DNA of 51,000 bases from Penicillus capitatus (Eukaryota > Plantae > Chlorophyta), in contig OZ287701.1 of the NCBI GenBank assembly GCA_965649825.1, positions 1-51,000 of the forward strand, written 5' to 3'. Shown here piece after piece: positions 11,095 to 22,665 of the stretch (position 1 is its first letter; the number at the start of each line of letters is the position of its first letter). The translations under genes were made by a program, and so were the position numbers. A model generated the notes under the pieces. It was not told where the DNA came from. It saw only the letters and a list, made by a program, of their open reading frames with translations, and searched no databases.

Positions 11095-12744
11095 ATGTTA
11101 TCGAGAGAGATCATAGATCCATGTATCGCAATAATGACCATCCTGACACATCCAGGGCGACCATGTCCAGTACTAAAAACGCCCAGGGCGAAGAGGCGAT
11201 ATCGTTGTCGCACTTCGTCTGTCAAGAGAGATGGACACAGACGAACGGATGAGCGTCGTTCTCGAACACGACATGTAAGGATCTGTGCGGCTGCTGTGTC
11301 GTCGAGGAGTCAGTTGACGAAACCGGGTCGCGATGTCGAAAAAGTGAACATGGTGTACAAGTTTGGAGGCTCGTCATTGGCAGATGCCTCGAGAATTCGT
11401 GAAGTGGCGGATATCGTTTGCAGTTTTCCTCAGTACTATCCCTGCATCGTGCTCTCAGCCATGGGTAACACCACAAATCTCCTGATCGAATCGGGAAGTG
11501 CGGCGCTGAAATGCTCGGCCGACAAGATCACGAGCATGGCGTCCTATCAACAGATTCTCGAACGCCATATGGAAACTGCTGAGAAGCTAGAGGTGCCTGA
11601 AGATGTCCAACACGCGATCCGTTTACTGCTCAATGATTTGAAGCAACTCCTGACAGGGATCTCAATGATGCAAGAATTGACACCTCGTGCCAAAGATGCT
11701 GTTGTCTCCTTTGGCGAACGTATGGCCACTCGTCTGTTCAGTGGATACCTCAATGCACGAGACGTCCCCTCTGTCCAATTCGATGCATGGGATCTGGGAT
11801 TCGTCTCGACAGATGACTTTACCAATGCGGATGTCATTTTGAGTGCCACATTGCCCTCCATTCGAAAACACGTCTCCTCACTGGGCGGCAAGATTCCTGT
11901 CGTGACTGGGTTTCTGGCCAAGGGAGAGAAGTCTCGATCGATTACGACGCTTGGCAGAGGTGGAAGTGATTTGACAGCGACGATGATTGGCCTGGCATTG
12001 AATCTGCCGGAGGTCCAGGTCTGGAAAGACGTTGACGGTGTCTTGACTTCAGATCCGCGAATTGTCTCGTCTGCCAAACCTCTATCTGTCCTCACCTATG
12101 AAGAAGCAAGCGAGTTGGCTCACTTTGGAGCACAGGTTCTGCACCCGAGGGCTATGAAACCGGCAATGCTCTCGCAAGATGCCATGGCTGTCCGTGTCAA
12201 GAACTCCTATAATAGAGAGGCCCCGGGCACCGTCATTCAATCCCACAGAGATCTCTCCAACACATTGCTGACGAGCATTGTCATCAAAAGAGGCATTTCA
12301 GTCGTCGATATCGTCAGCACGCGTATGTTGGGTCAGTTCGGCTTTCTGGCACGGGTCTTCGAGATCTTCAAAGAAAATAAAATCTCCGTCGATGTGGTGG
12401 CCACCAGTGAAATCTCGGTTTCCATCTCACTGGATGCGGATCGGTATGCTGGAGAGGAAGAGGAGGAAGAACATCGCCCAGGGCATCTCCTGGGTCAGTT
12501 CGCCGGTTGGGCAGATGTGTCTCTGAGACGCGATCTGTCAATCATCAGTCTCATCTGCAACATTCAGCGATCCAGTGAAATCCTTGAAGTTGTCTTTCGC
12601 TGTCTGAGAGAGAAGAACATTAACGTACAGATGATCAGTCAAGGAGCATCGAAAACAAACATCTCATTGATCCTGCATGAAACGCAGGCAGATGCAGCAG
12701 TGACAGCAATCCATGATCAGTTTTTCGGCGCAAGTCACGGGTGA
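11095..12744 (+). CDS. AK (lysC-like): Monofunctional aspartate kinase, plant type, with N-terminal transit peptide and two ACT domains; intronless
   Basis: VYKFGGSSLA, VVSFGERMATR, TTLGRGGSDLTA, VQVWKDVDGVLTSDP, GAQVLHP, ACT motifs STRMLGQFGFLARVF and NVQMISQGASKTNIS; R/S-rich N-terminal extension. Confidence 0.95.
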   Translation: MLSREIIDPCIAIMTILTHPGRPCPVLKTPRAKRRYRCRTSSVKRDGHRRTDERRSRTRHVRICAAAVSSRSQLTKPGRDVEKVNMVYKFGGSSLADASRIREVADIVCSFPQYYPCIVLSAMGNTTNLLIESGSAALKCSADKITSMASYQQILERHMETAEKLEVPEDVQHAIRLLLNDLKQLLTGISMMQELTPRAKDAVVSFGERMATRLFSGYLNARDVPSVQFDAWDLGFVSTDDFTNADVILSATLPSIRKHVSSLGGKIPVVTGFLAKGEKSRSITTLGRGGSDLTATMIGLALNLPEVQVWKDVDGVLTSDPRIVSSAKPLSVLTYEEASELAHFGAQVLHPRAMKPAMLSQDAMAVRVKNSYNREAPGTVIQSHRDLSNTLLTSIVIKRGISVVDIVSTRMLGQFGFLARVFEIFKENKISVDVVATSEISVSISLDADRYAGEEEEEEHRPGHLLGQFAGWADVSLRRDLSIISLICNIQRSSEILEVVFRCLREKNINVQMISQGASKTNISLILHETQADAAVTAIHDQFFGASHG

Positions 12745-12768
12745 CTAGCGAGATGTGCACAAGAGCCA

Positions 12769-15281
12769 TCAGGCCATGGATTCAAAAGCAATAGGGGCGA
12801 CCTCAGCGAGCCACCGAGGATCGATCACTGTGACATCTCTTGCATATACTTTGCTTGTCTGAATGATCTCTGAAAACACAATCGTGGCTGCTTTCCTAGA
12901 TATCACACGATGCAGGTCGCCTTTAATGCATCACGTAGATGCACCGTACCGTCCAGATAGGACAGAGGATGGATGGATTCTGAGTTCTTGTCCAGAGGAC
13001 AGCATTCGATACGTGCCGTTCTCTTGTGCGCGAGCCACGTTGAAGAAGAAACCCGCAATCAGCGACTTCTGAATAGCGATATTATCCACATGCTTCGTTG
13101 GCTGACTTGCCAATCCAATATCTCGGCATCGATGCAGAAGTTGCCGACGAATGTCGCATGCTTTAAAGAGTGACCTGTCACATCACACACTTCTACCTGT
13201 CAGTATCTACATGGGATCACACTTGGCATTGACAGCATGCCTCTGGCACCACGCTTTTCTGTCGCGCCGTCGAGATGCCTGATAGGCATTGAAGACATTC
13301 AACAGCGTCAAATGATCTCCAATCACACTCGCAAACATGCGACGCGATGCCGCGACATCTCTCTCGGCATCTCTGCAGCACATAAGCGCATTCTTGGCAG
13401 CTGCAAAGATCGTCTGTCGACACACCTACCGTGGTTCAAAGAAGATGTTGGCAGCCGATATCATCGAAACAATCGTCAGCATATCATCACCGCAGCCTGA
13501 TATGTATGAGATGTATGTATAGCCTCACACTTCTGGTCACTGAGGCATACCTTGATCAAAGGCAGCAAGCAGAACGCGTGATAGACAAGGTTCCAATGGT
13601 AATCGACTCATCCTTCTGCCAATCGGATGCGTGATGTGACCCTCGTCATTTAATGCTCCCAGAACATAGAGGGTCTCTAGAGACCTCAATAGCGCCAGTC
13701 TCGGAGGTGGACTGAGAAAATCGAAACGCAGCACATCATCGATGCCTGTTGCCTTTAGCTTCAGCACAACTTCTGCCAAGTTCGTTCGTGCAATCTCAGC
13801 CTGCGTGTTCTCTTCCAAGGAATGATATGTATCTACTGTATAGAGTCGAAATGCTTTTCCTCGACTTTGTCTGCCTAACGCAAAAACGCCCTCTCGTTTG
13901 GAAACAGACTGCTGGATGAAGACAGGGTCATTACCGGCACGTCCACTGCGCTGTTTTGCCTGAGATTTGGAGATGGGGACGATGCGCAAAGCATCGATGC
14001 CGGACTTGACATTGTAGAATCGTTGCTTGACTACACCCGTGTCGATCACATATCGAATTCCAGGAATGGTAACGGATGTCTCCGAGATATTCGTTGAGAG
14101 GATGACTCTTCTGGTCTTCGCCGGCGGGCTTGCAAAGACCTGACAAACAGATGCCGTTTCCAGCACAGATCTGTGATGATCACACTTTCAACTGCTTCTC
14201 CGGCTGCATGGCTGCATACAGGGTGAGCACCATGAGGTCATGTTTTCGCATTTCAGGAGAGAGACGCTGAAAGGATGTTCTGATCAAGTCAGCCATCGAT
14301 TCAATTTCGTCCTCACCTGTTAGGAAGACCAAAATATCTCCATCCTCTTCATCCACATGTATCTAAGACATCTCTTTTGGGCATAGATCTGCACGTGGAC
14401 AAAGGTATCGGATCTGGACTTGGAGTGTGCAGTGCAGAACGGCATCCAGATAGCTTTCTTCAGGGCTGGGCACATGATAGAGTTCCACAGGGAACTGTCG
14501 GCCTCTGATGCAGAGACACTTGGCAGATGTGAAGAATCGCAGGATTTCGTCGCAGTCCAACGTGGCCGACATTACTATAAGATGCAACGCCCGTTCCCGG
14601 CGCATCTATCCTTGACACAGCAACGGTGTCATCGGCAACCCATCCATGGCCGTGCAACCTGGATCTTCTTGAGCAATCCCAACACCGTGTCCGTCTGAAG
14701 AGACCGCTCGTGGGCCTCGTCTACCAAAATCGCCTATTAGGTTAGGTGAGAACGCCGTTTCGTTGTCTAGATGGAGTGCCTTGTATTTAGAGAGAAGTGG
14801 ATCGCTCAAGCATTCTTGAATCAGCATGCCGTCGGTTAAATACTTAATGTGCGTTTGATGTGACGTTTTGTCCTCGAATCGCACAGTGTAGCCTACCTGC
14901 AAAACAGCATATTCATCCATCCGAGTCATGAGCATAACTAACGGCAAACCTCATTCCCTAACGAAACGTTCATCTCCAGAGCGACCCTCCGTGCCACAGT
15001 GATGGCAGCGACACGGCGAGGCTGCGTACATCCAATGATCCCATCATCAAAAGCCCCTCGTGACGAACAGAAACGTCGGTTGCATGATCGGGAAGGCAAT
15101 AGGAGACACCAGTTTCACGCAGGTACTGTGGAATCTGCGTTGTCTTTCCGGACCCAGGCTCGCCCACGATAACGACACACTTGTGCGACTGGATGAAGTT
15201 TTGTATGTGTTCTCTGTGCGCGTAGATCGGCAACGATCGTCGGTGCGTTTCGACAGAGGATATGACCATCTCCGATTCCAT
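12769..15281 (-). CDS. DEAH-box RNA helicase, DHX33/Prp22-like (multi-exon)
   Basis: [72 protein letters not shown]2 and OB-fold (IHPSSVL; …[12 protein letters not shown]…ESMA* at 12769). Confidence 0.92.
14734..14779 (-). other. GC-AG intron (46 nt) in the DEAH helicase
   Basis: …TAC AAG|gcactc…ctaacctaatag|GCG ATT TTG GTA GAC GAG GCC CAC is needed to restore the frame of motif II (DEAH). No GT donor is nearby; a CTAAC branch site is present. Confidence 0.8.
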
Positions 15282-15850
15282 TTTATATAAGAAGCGTCAA
15301 GGACGATCGTCACGGTCGACGTATCGTAGCAGCAATGGCGATCATCAATCGTTCGAGGCAAGAAGACACGATGTCGGCGCCGATCGTGCGTTTATGACAT
15401 GACACGATGTGACGTATCTATAACGCGCGGATCGCTTCGTCATCTGGACCACCACCTTCACGGCTCGATGATTCCTTTCGCATAGCGATCACGATTCGTA
15501 ACTTGTCTTCTAAGCACAAGCAACGCATCGACAGCGAACATAGATATGTATGAGCGATAGATGTCGCATTGTGTGAGATGCATGCCATCGCGTTGATGTG
15601 TGATGCCATCGGCAACGCATATAAAGAAAAGCGACAAGAGGATCGCGAAGGACTTGATCACCATTGTATCGAACAACACGAAGCGCAAATTCACCATGCG
15701 TTACGAGGCATCGATATCAGTGCAGAACGCGCGTTCTCCATCGCTGTTGTTGGTGGGATGGATGAATAGATGTGACATTACAGCAGGTCACACCTAACAA
15801 CAGAATACGCTCCATCTGGGATTCCCTCCGTTCCTCTTGCATACGTCCCA

Positions 15851-16355
15851 TCAATGCCAATAGGGCTTCTCTCTTTGAAAGTCCATGTGATAGGTGGTCT
15901 GAACAGACAAACCGACCGATCTCTCTCCTTCAAGGGCGATAAAGAGAGATCTACGTGTTCTGGGATGCCGGCATTGCGAGCGTACTTTGAGCCACCGTAG
16001 GAATAGGGACCTATACACAAAGAAAAGCATTCGCAGGCTAAGAGACGGCCTGCCACATGTAAAGAGAGAAAGGCACGTATGTATGGATCTGGATGCCTCT
16101 TGGCGTTCAGTTCTTCTTCGCCCGCCGCTATGGCACGTTCAATTTGATTCACGTCTGTCAAATCTTTATTCTCCTCAAATCTCAGACGCAATAGGCGAAT
16201 CTGAGACAGCGCTAAAGTAGACAGAGGTCACAAAGCGAAGAACTTACTTGCTTGTACCACACGTCTCTGGACCACACCCAGTCAAACGTTGTTCTCAAAC
16301 TCTGGCGATAGAGACGCATGACGCGCTCGCGTCTCGTGAGTTGTAAAGCAGACAT
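15851..16355 (-). CDS. NDUFB9: NADH dehydrogenase (complex I) subunit B22/NDUFB9, LYR family (4 exons)
   Basis: MSALQLTRRERVMRLYRQSLRTTFDWVWSRDVWYKQ|…RLRFEENKDLTD…IAAGEEELNAKRHPDPYI|…PYSYGGSKYARN…|…HMDFQREKPYWH*; TGTAA at 15778-15782 downstream. Confidence 0.9.
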
Positions 16356-16386
16356 CGAATCTACACACGTGTCGGAGTTGGCAATG

Positions 16387-16406
16387 TGGATGGATGGATG
16401 GATGGA
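16387..16406. repeat. (TGGA)5 microsatellite in the OPR-NDUFB9 spacer
   Basis: Direct reading: tgga x5. Confidence 0.8.
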
Positions 16407-16428
16407 TTTCATCATTTACAAGACCGAG

Positions 16429-19400
16429 TTATGATTGACGAACGACGTTAGAAGTCGGTGATATGCGTGAATCAAGGGCACTTTTCAGAGCATGGAGTCG
16501 ATCGCCAAAGGCTGGCAGTGCTCTGTGTAATACAGAGATCTCCCTTTCGGTGCAGGTATTCAGCAATCCCTCGCGCAAGATATAGGCAGATGTCTTGTCA
16601 GCCAATTCCCCAGCGCCAATCGGAGATTGACTTGCGGCAGCGAGATAGCCAATGATATCTGTCGTCGGGATTCGGTTCAGCACATCATCCTCTGCCATCC
16701 ACGACAGAATCCGCGTGATGTGACTGTTGTGTGGATATTTTTCTGCCAGTTTGCCGAATGCTATGATCCATTGACGCGGTGACCCCCATTCGTTTTCTCT
16801 GGCCTTCAGCTTCTGCTCGACTCGCTCGACGCATACATTCAGCTGTGGTTCCATCGATGCCGTCGGGTGGAAGACATGCAATCGATATAGGATAATGTTC
16901 AGGTACCTTTCCGAACAGCTGTCCAGGATAGCAGGCGTGAGAGATTTGGCGAAGAGTTGATCACTGAAGGCAGCATCGGTGACGCCTGCCGATGCCGCTG
17001 CAAAGAAGAGTCCAGCAGTTGCTGCTCCGTCCATAGCATCCATCCGATCTGATCTCACAAGACGCTGAAGAAATTGCTGCACTTCAGGGGACTGGATCTT
17101 AGCTCTTCCGATAAAGTGCAGGAAACAATGGAGTGCTTTGAGCGTCAGTTTCTGCTCTATCGAACAGATGTGCTGCACAAACGGCTCCACACATTTATGC
17201 GATATCTGTCCCAAGCGCTGAAGTCCATCCAGGATGTTTACAACGGCGAGTGCATCGAAGGAGGAAAGAGGCGTCGATTCTAAACAACTTATGGCGCGTT
17301 CGAACAAGACGCTATCGTAGATATAACTTTTGCCTAAGGTGTGCAACAGCATGGATAGCAAATCTGGTGACAGTTCTTCGAGTCTTGAACGGCGGCGCAG
17401 CTCTCGGACGAAAAAAGTCGCCAGATGCATCTTGGCTCTGCCGTCTGTGAGTTTCTGCGAAGACTGCAGGAGGAGGACAAGTGATTTCTCAGTCATGGAC
17501 TGAAGAACTTCTGGAGATCTGAGGCCTTGGAACACAGGAATAAGGACCGAAGTATCAGAAATCTTCAGATGCGCCAGCCCTTCGGTTACCATAGAGATGT
17601 ACGATCCCTTCAACGATTCATAGAATCCAGCACGAGAATTCATTTCCTGCAGCAGTGTCTTCCACCAGTCGCTTTTCGATCGCCCTTTCTTAGACACGTG
17701 ATAGAACAACGTCACGAGTCCAGATGCATCCACATCGGCCAAGTGCACGCTCTCGATGAGTGTCTGCAACATCTTCTGCTTCTTCGGCACGTCGTTGTCA
17801 CACAGAAGCAGAAAACAGATGAGCAGGACAAACTGATGCGCATTGAATACTTGCAGTCGGCGCGGACGACAGATTTCAGAGAACAGTAAAGAGAGTCGAT
17901 CACTTTTCTTGTTTTTCCAGTATCCAGATGATGTGACGAGACGGACCAACCTCTCTTCTTTCGTCGCTTCGAGCTCCTTAGCATCGATGGCCTTGTCAAT
18001 GAGTTTCTCCAGCTGCTCTTGGGTTTCAACAGCGGTTAGACACCAGACTTCAGTACTGTCGGGAAAGACATGGACAGCGAACGACGGATGCAGTGATTGT
18101 GTTTTTATTCTTTCCTCGATGTGCGTCACAATCGAGTGCCATCCATCGGCCTTTTCGTAGTTAAGCTTCCGAAGACTCGTGATCATAATCCGCAGCTCAT
18201 TGGGAGACAGCTGCTGCAGAAAGAGACGATCGAATCCGTTCGTGCTCTCGTGGAAGGTCCCCATCAGATGATTCCGCTCCGTCGTGGACATCTTTGCGCG
18301 ACACAGCATCAGTCCAAATATCAGACTGATCACTTCTTGCGGAGGAAGGCTCTTCAAATTTTCCACTTTTAAGCGAATGGCATCCAACAGCAACTGAAGC
18401 AGCACATGGTAAGGCTCGTGCAGTGCTTGTCGGTTCGCCTGTGGTAGTCTGGACATTCCATGAACCATCATACAGAGTCCCTGGTATGTCAACTGCTCCA
18501 TCCGGGACGGCAAGAGGACCTCGTCCATGATTCTGGTGAGAAAGCTCATGTCTTGGAGCTGCAGAGGGCCAACGGCATAAACAACTAAGGCCAATCCGTG
18601 TTCGGAAAAGGTCGACAGGCGTCGAAAACGCATGACCTCATGACACAGTTGTGTCAGAGCATCTTGTTTTCCTTTGAATCGTAATTGGGCCAGACTGTAG
18701 AGAATGGAAGACAGATCCCATGCAGAAAAACTGCGAAGCATCTCCACCCTCTGCGCTTGCTGCAGTAACCGAACAATGATCGATCTGTCGTGCAGTCGCA
18801 GACGTGCCATCGAATACAACGCCATAGAAATCGTTTCCACTGCAATGACGACGTTCTCGGGTGATGATCGATCCATGATTCTCGACAAGAGAAATCGTAT
18901 GAGCGGCACATCCAAGACGTCCAATCGACTCAAACTGTAGAGCAGAATGGAGCATGGAAGGGCACCCAGAATGTCCCTCTGTGTGGCAGCCAAACTCAAA
19001 GACTGCGCCAGTCTGGCTGCAAACACTTCCAAAGGAGCTAATTGGCTCAGGACGTATACAATGCCAGACACATCTCTGGCATCGAGCTTTTCGTCAAAGA
19101 GGTTTATTGTATTCAGTGTGTTGTCCAGCACATGGACTTGACTTGGAAAGAGAGGCGTATGTTTCAGCATGCCGAAGCGTGGCAAGTATTCCATGTCGTA
19201 GATGGATTGCTTAGGTGCCTGGTTTTTGTCGTGCTGTCTTTGCAGTGTCCCCAGAGACGTCAGAAATAAAATACGATCGCGTTGCTCCAGTTCATTTGGC
19301 TGAATCCTTCTCGCCAAATCTTCGATCCAATTCAGCTCGACGCACTTCAATCTGGCAAAGCAACGCAGGACATGCACCATCTGGTCGCTCTTTAATTCGG

Positions 19401-19775
19401 CTGCGCGTTTATGCAGACTGCTGCCCACATACTCTAGATCGGTACAGAAGACAAGAGAATGCTTTGGATCTGCCTGAAGCTTCTCGAGCCCTTCAACACT
19501 CGCACGCACTAAATAAGAATCCGACACACAGGGTAACGTCCCGCACCGTCAATCAGCTCCTCAGACGTCGCTTTTTCGCCTTTCTCGCGGATTTCTCGGA
19601 TCGTCGAGTTCGCCGGAGTATCGCTCGTGAACATCCTGATCTTCCACACGGAAGATCCTGCTGTTCGTGATTCCGTCGCGAAGATCGAAGGACGCGATGG
19701 TGTTCGGAGGTACATCCTTGTCGTTGTATACACCATTCGACATGTTTCAAAAACACAGCGCGATTTTCGCAACAT
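16429..19775 (-). CDS. OPR/FASTK-like helical-repeat protein (~1100 aa) with probable mitochondrial presequence
   Basis: Exon 1 MLRKSRCVFETCRMVYTTTRMYLRTPSRPS… (R/S/T-rich, acid-poor), one 38-nt intron (gtgcgg…ttag), then a ~3-kb exon with ~38-aa repeats such as DARDVSGIVYVLSQL, SILLYSLSRL, FSAWDLSSILYSLAQL, FSEHGLALVVYAVGPL, resembling the OPR consensus. Confidence 0.7.
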
Positions 19776-19838
19776 CCTTCCTCTTCATCCATCAGTATAA
19801 GATCGTCATTGTCTATTCCATCCAGCGTGCGTCTTCCA

Positions 19839-21575
19839 TTAAGAACTGCTCTCAGATTCGCTGCCCCCTGTGAAAGAACGCGTATTGACGTACATCTGCT
19901 TCTTTTGACGCTCTTCTTTCTCCAGAATACCAGCAGTCACATCATCTGCAGGGAAACCAGCCGCCTCCATTCGGCTCTTAATGTACTGTGCATCTTGCGT
20001 ATGGCCCCTGTCCATGCAGGCATCCATCACCAGATGATAGCACGCTTGGTCTGCATGCTCCGTCGATAACAGCAGCTCTATCGCCTTAGTAAGGCGCTGA
20101 TCTGGCGGACTGTCTTTGGCAGAGAGATAACATGCACATGCCGAGATAACAATGACGGGATTCGATTGTACGTTCCTGCACCGTCAGTACGTATTCAGTG
20201 AAGTCTCTGCCATCTATAAGCTTACCACGCGCGCGATTCTTCCAAGATCTGATCGATCACTTCGATTGTCTGTTGTGTCTTGTATGCACATTTCAGGAGC
20301 AGTCCAAATGTATAGCAGTCTGGACGGAGCCCCAGTCTCTCAAAGAAACCAATGACTTCCTCAACTGAAAGAAATTCGCCGGAATCTTTGTAGATCGAGA
20401 GCAGTGTATTCACACATCGCGAATCCCGATGACGCTGGTTCCATAAGAACGAACCAAACACATCCTTCGCACGATCGAGATCCTTGAAATGCTTGCACGA
20501 CTTCATCAGGCACTTGAAGAGGTCCCAGGTAACACGCTCACGCGTTTCCAGTATTTCATCCGTCAACTGTCGAAACAAAAAAGGCAAATCGCCGTTTATC
20601 GCTGTCTCCAAAAGATTCCTGTATATCCATCGTCGACCATGCATTCAACATGCGTTATGCCATACACATATGAGGGACTGGATTACCTGATCAAGACAGA
20701 TCCTGTACCCAACCCTGCAGAGTGGAATAGGTAATACACATCTAGTGCATTGTCCCATCTCTCCTGGTCATTGCATGCGTGAATGGTGATGGCATACGGA
20801 TAATCCGATTTGAAAGGAATCTTGTTCTTGTGCATTAATCGCAGTAGGTATAGCGTCTCATCGACTTCTTGGGACATAAAGCCTGCATACGTTAAGTAGT
20901 TTGCAGAATGCCCTCGAAAATGCTTCATTCCTGAAACAGATTTAATGTCTATGGTCTGCTTTCAGGTCTTACCGGACTCGATCCAACGTCTTCCCACTTC
21001 GGCAGCAACGTCAAATCGGTTCACTTGCTGACAGGCTTTGAAGAACATGCCAAGGGAATCATCTCGTACGACGTCCACGGCTGCACACTTCTCCAGGAGT
21101 TCGGCAGCGCGATCGAATTGCCCATCGTTGACCAGGAAACGCACGAGGGCGTCCACTCTCATATAAAAGGGCCACTGAAATAACAAATCGCCATGTGAAA
21201 TCGCACATGGGTCGGCAATCCTGTGGGCACACCTCGACTTCGTTTTCGCTGATGCTCTCGGACAGAAGGGATTGGATCTCGGATTCCGAAGTACTGACGG
21301 TGCTCTCCTTCTCTTCAAAGAGTTGGGACCAACTGGGGCTCTCCAAGATGGACTGGATTTGTGGGAGACGTTCTTCTTCGCCTAGAAAGAGACGCCGATC
21401 CCTAATGTATGCACGTCTGTTGTGTCCGACCTGCATATGAACGCTGCACGTCGGGAGCCACGTTCTTGACAAGACGGATGCGTCGTTTCGCAACGACTGG
21501 CGATGGCTTAAGCTTCGGTGCTTTCACGCAGCAAACGATACCGTGGCGATTCCATACGCGCAGATGAGATGCCAT
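19839..21575 (-). CDS. Pentatricopeptide-repeat (PPR) protein with N-terminal organellar targeting-like sequence (multi-exon)
   Basis: PPR-like 35-mers: RDSRCVNTLLSIYKDSGEFLSVEEVIGFFERLGLRPDCYTFGLLLKCAYK, DYPYAITIHACNDQERWDNALDVY, LMMDACMDRGHTQDAQYIKSRMEAAGFPADDVT. Start MASHLRVWNRHGIVCC… at 21575; TAA at 19839. Confidence 0.8.
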
Positions 21576-21835
21576 CCAGCCACAGCGACAAGACGCACGT
21601 CACGTCAACGATCTCCACCACTGACCTCACGCCCGATACAAGGCACCCTTTCACTCTTTACCGATCACACCGTCGTGTCGACCGAATGCGTTGCAGGAAC
21701 GTGCGCGTGCGTTGGACAAGACTTAGAATGAAATGTGCCATTCTCACACGGATCGTCATGCTTGACATTGACGGATTGGATGATGGATGGGTGACGGACT
21801 GAAAGATCGCATTATTACCACAGACAGACAGATCT

Positions 21836-22584
21836 CTATCTGCCAATTCGGCGCACCCCGTTTCCGTGATGAGACACGGATGGCAAGTTTCTTCTCTCTC
21901 TTGCCCATTCCTGATCGAAGACAGCAGCATCTTCGGGCTGCATGTTTGTAAAGCGATCCCTAGCCTCTTCCCTTCCTTGTCGATCCCTTGTCCTCGTCAC
22001 TTGACGCGACTGCCATCACATCATCACACACCGGACAAAGAAATCCGAGATGTACTCGATTGCCAATGCCACGTTCGAGAGTGATCGTATCTGTCTGACC
22101 ATCGGACACGGTATGAACCAGTTCCCGGACGCCATTGGGACCAACGCGCATCGTCGAGTTTGTGCGATAAGCGGAGCCATGTGGACCAAACGAAGAAGAC
22201 GAGTAGGAACACGCCATGTTCGTCCCTCCATTCATCCTGAACTGCATGCCGCGATCGTGATCGAAGCTGCCATGAATGCGTCCATTTCTGTCCCCAAACA
22301 TTGCGAAATTCGGGCCACCGAAATGAAATCCTTCTGCATCGTTTGCGCCGTCAAAGGAAGAGAATGACGGTGGGGTCGTATACGGCGGCTACAGCCAACG
22401 GTCAGTCGAAGGAGTAGGGTGGCAGGAATGGAGAGATGCAGCATACCGCCATTCCTCCGTACATGAACGGCTGCGCAGCACGTGCAGCGTCGCGACTGGC
22501 GTAATACATCGTTCTCTCCATCTCGCGGAAATTTTCTTCCATTTCGCGAAAACCGGTCTCCATTTCGCGCCAACCGCGATGCAT
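21836..22584 (-). CDS. MLF: Myeloid leukemia factor (MLF) family protein (3 exons)
   Basis: YSSSSFGPHGSAYRTNSTMRVGPNGVRELVHTVSDGQTDTITLERGIGNR|SRQVTRTRDRQGREEARDRFTNMQPEDAAVFDQEW, the MLF signature layout. Confidence 0.75.
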
Positions 22585-22665
22585 GTCGTGGTCGTAAAAA
22601 CGCTTGTCGTCGTCGAACGTTTTGTTGTTTTGGGCGAGCGCGTGTGTTTGTGCGTCTAAAGATGA

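Noticed and set aside
16387-16406. (TGGA)n / CCAT motifs near several 5' ends as a shared promoter element
   Set aside because: Orientation relative to genes is inconsistent and the motif also occurs inside genes and introns; kept only as a microsatellite.
19776-19920. Single PPR-OPR fusion gene
   Set aside because: Both the unspliced frame and the best intron (gtacgt…gcag) end at TAA 19839; read-through would need a rare GAG acceptor, and the downstream ORF has its own presequence.
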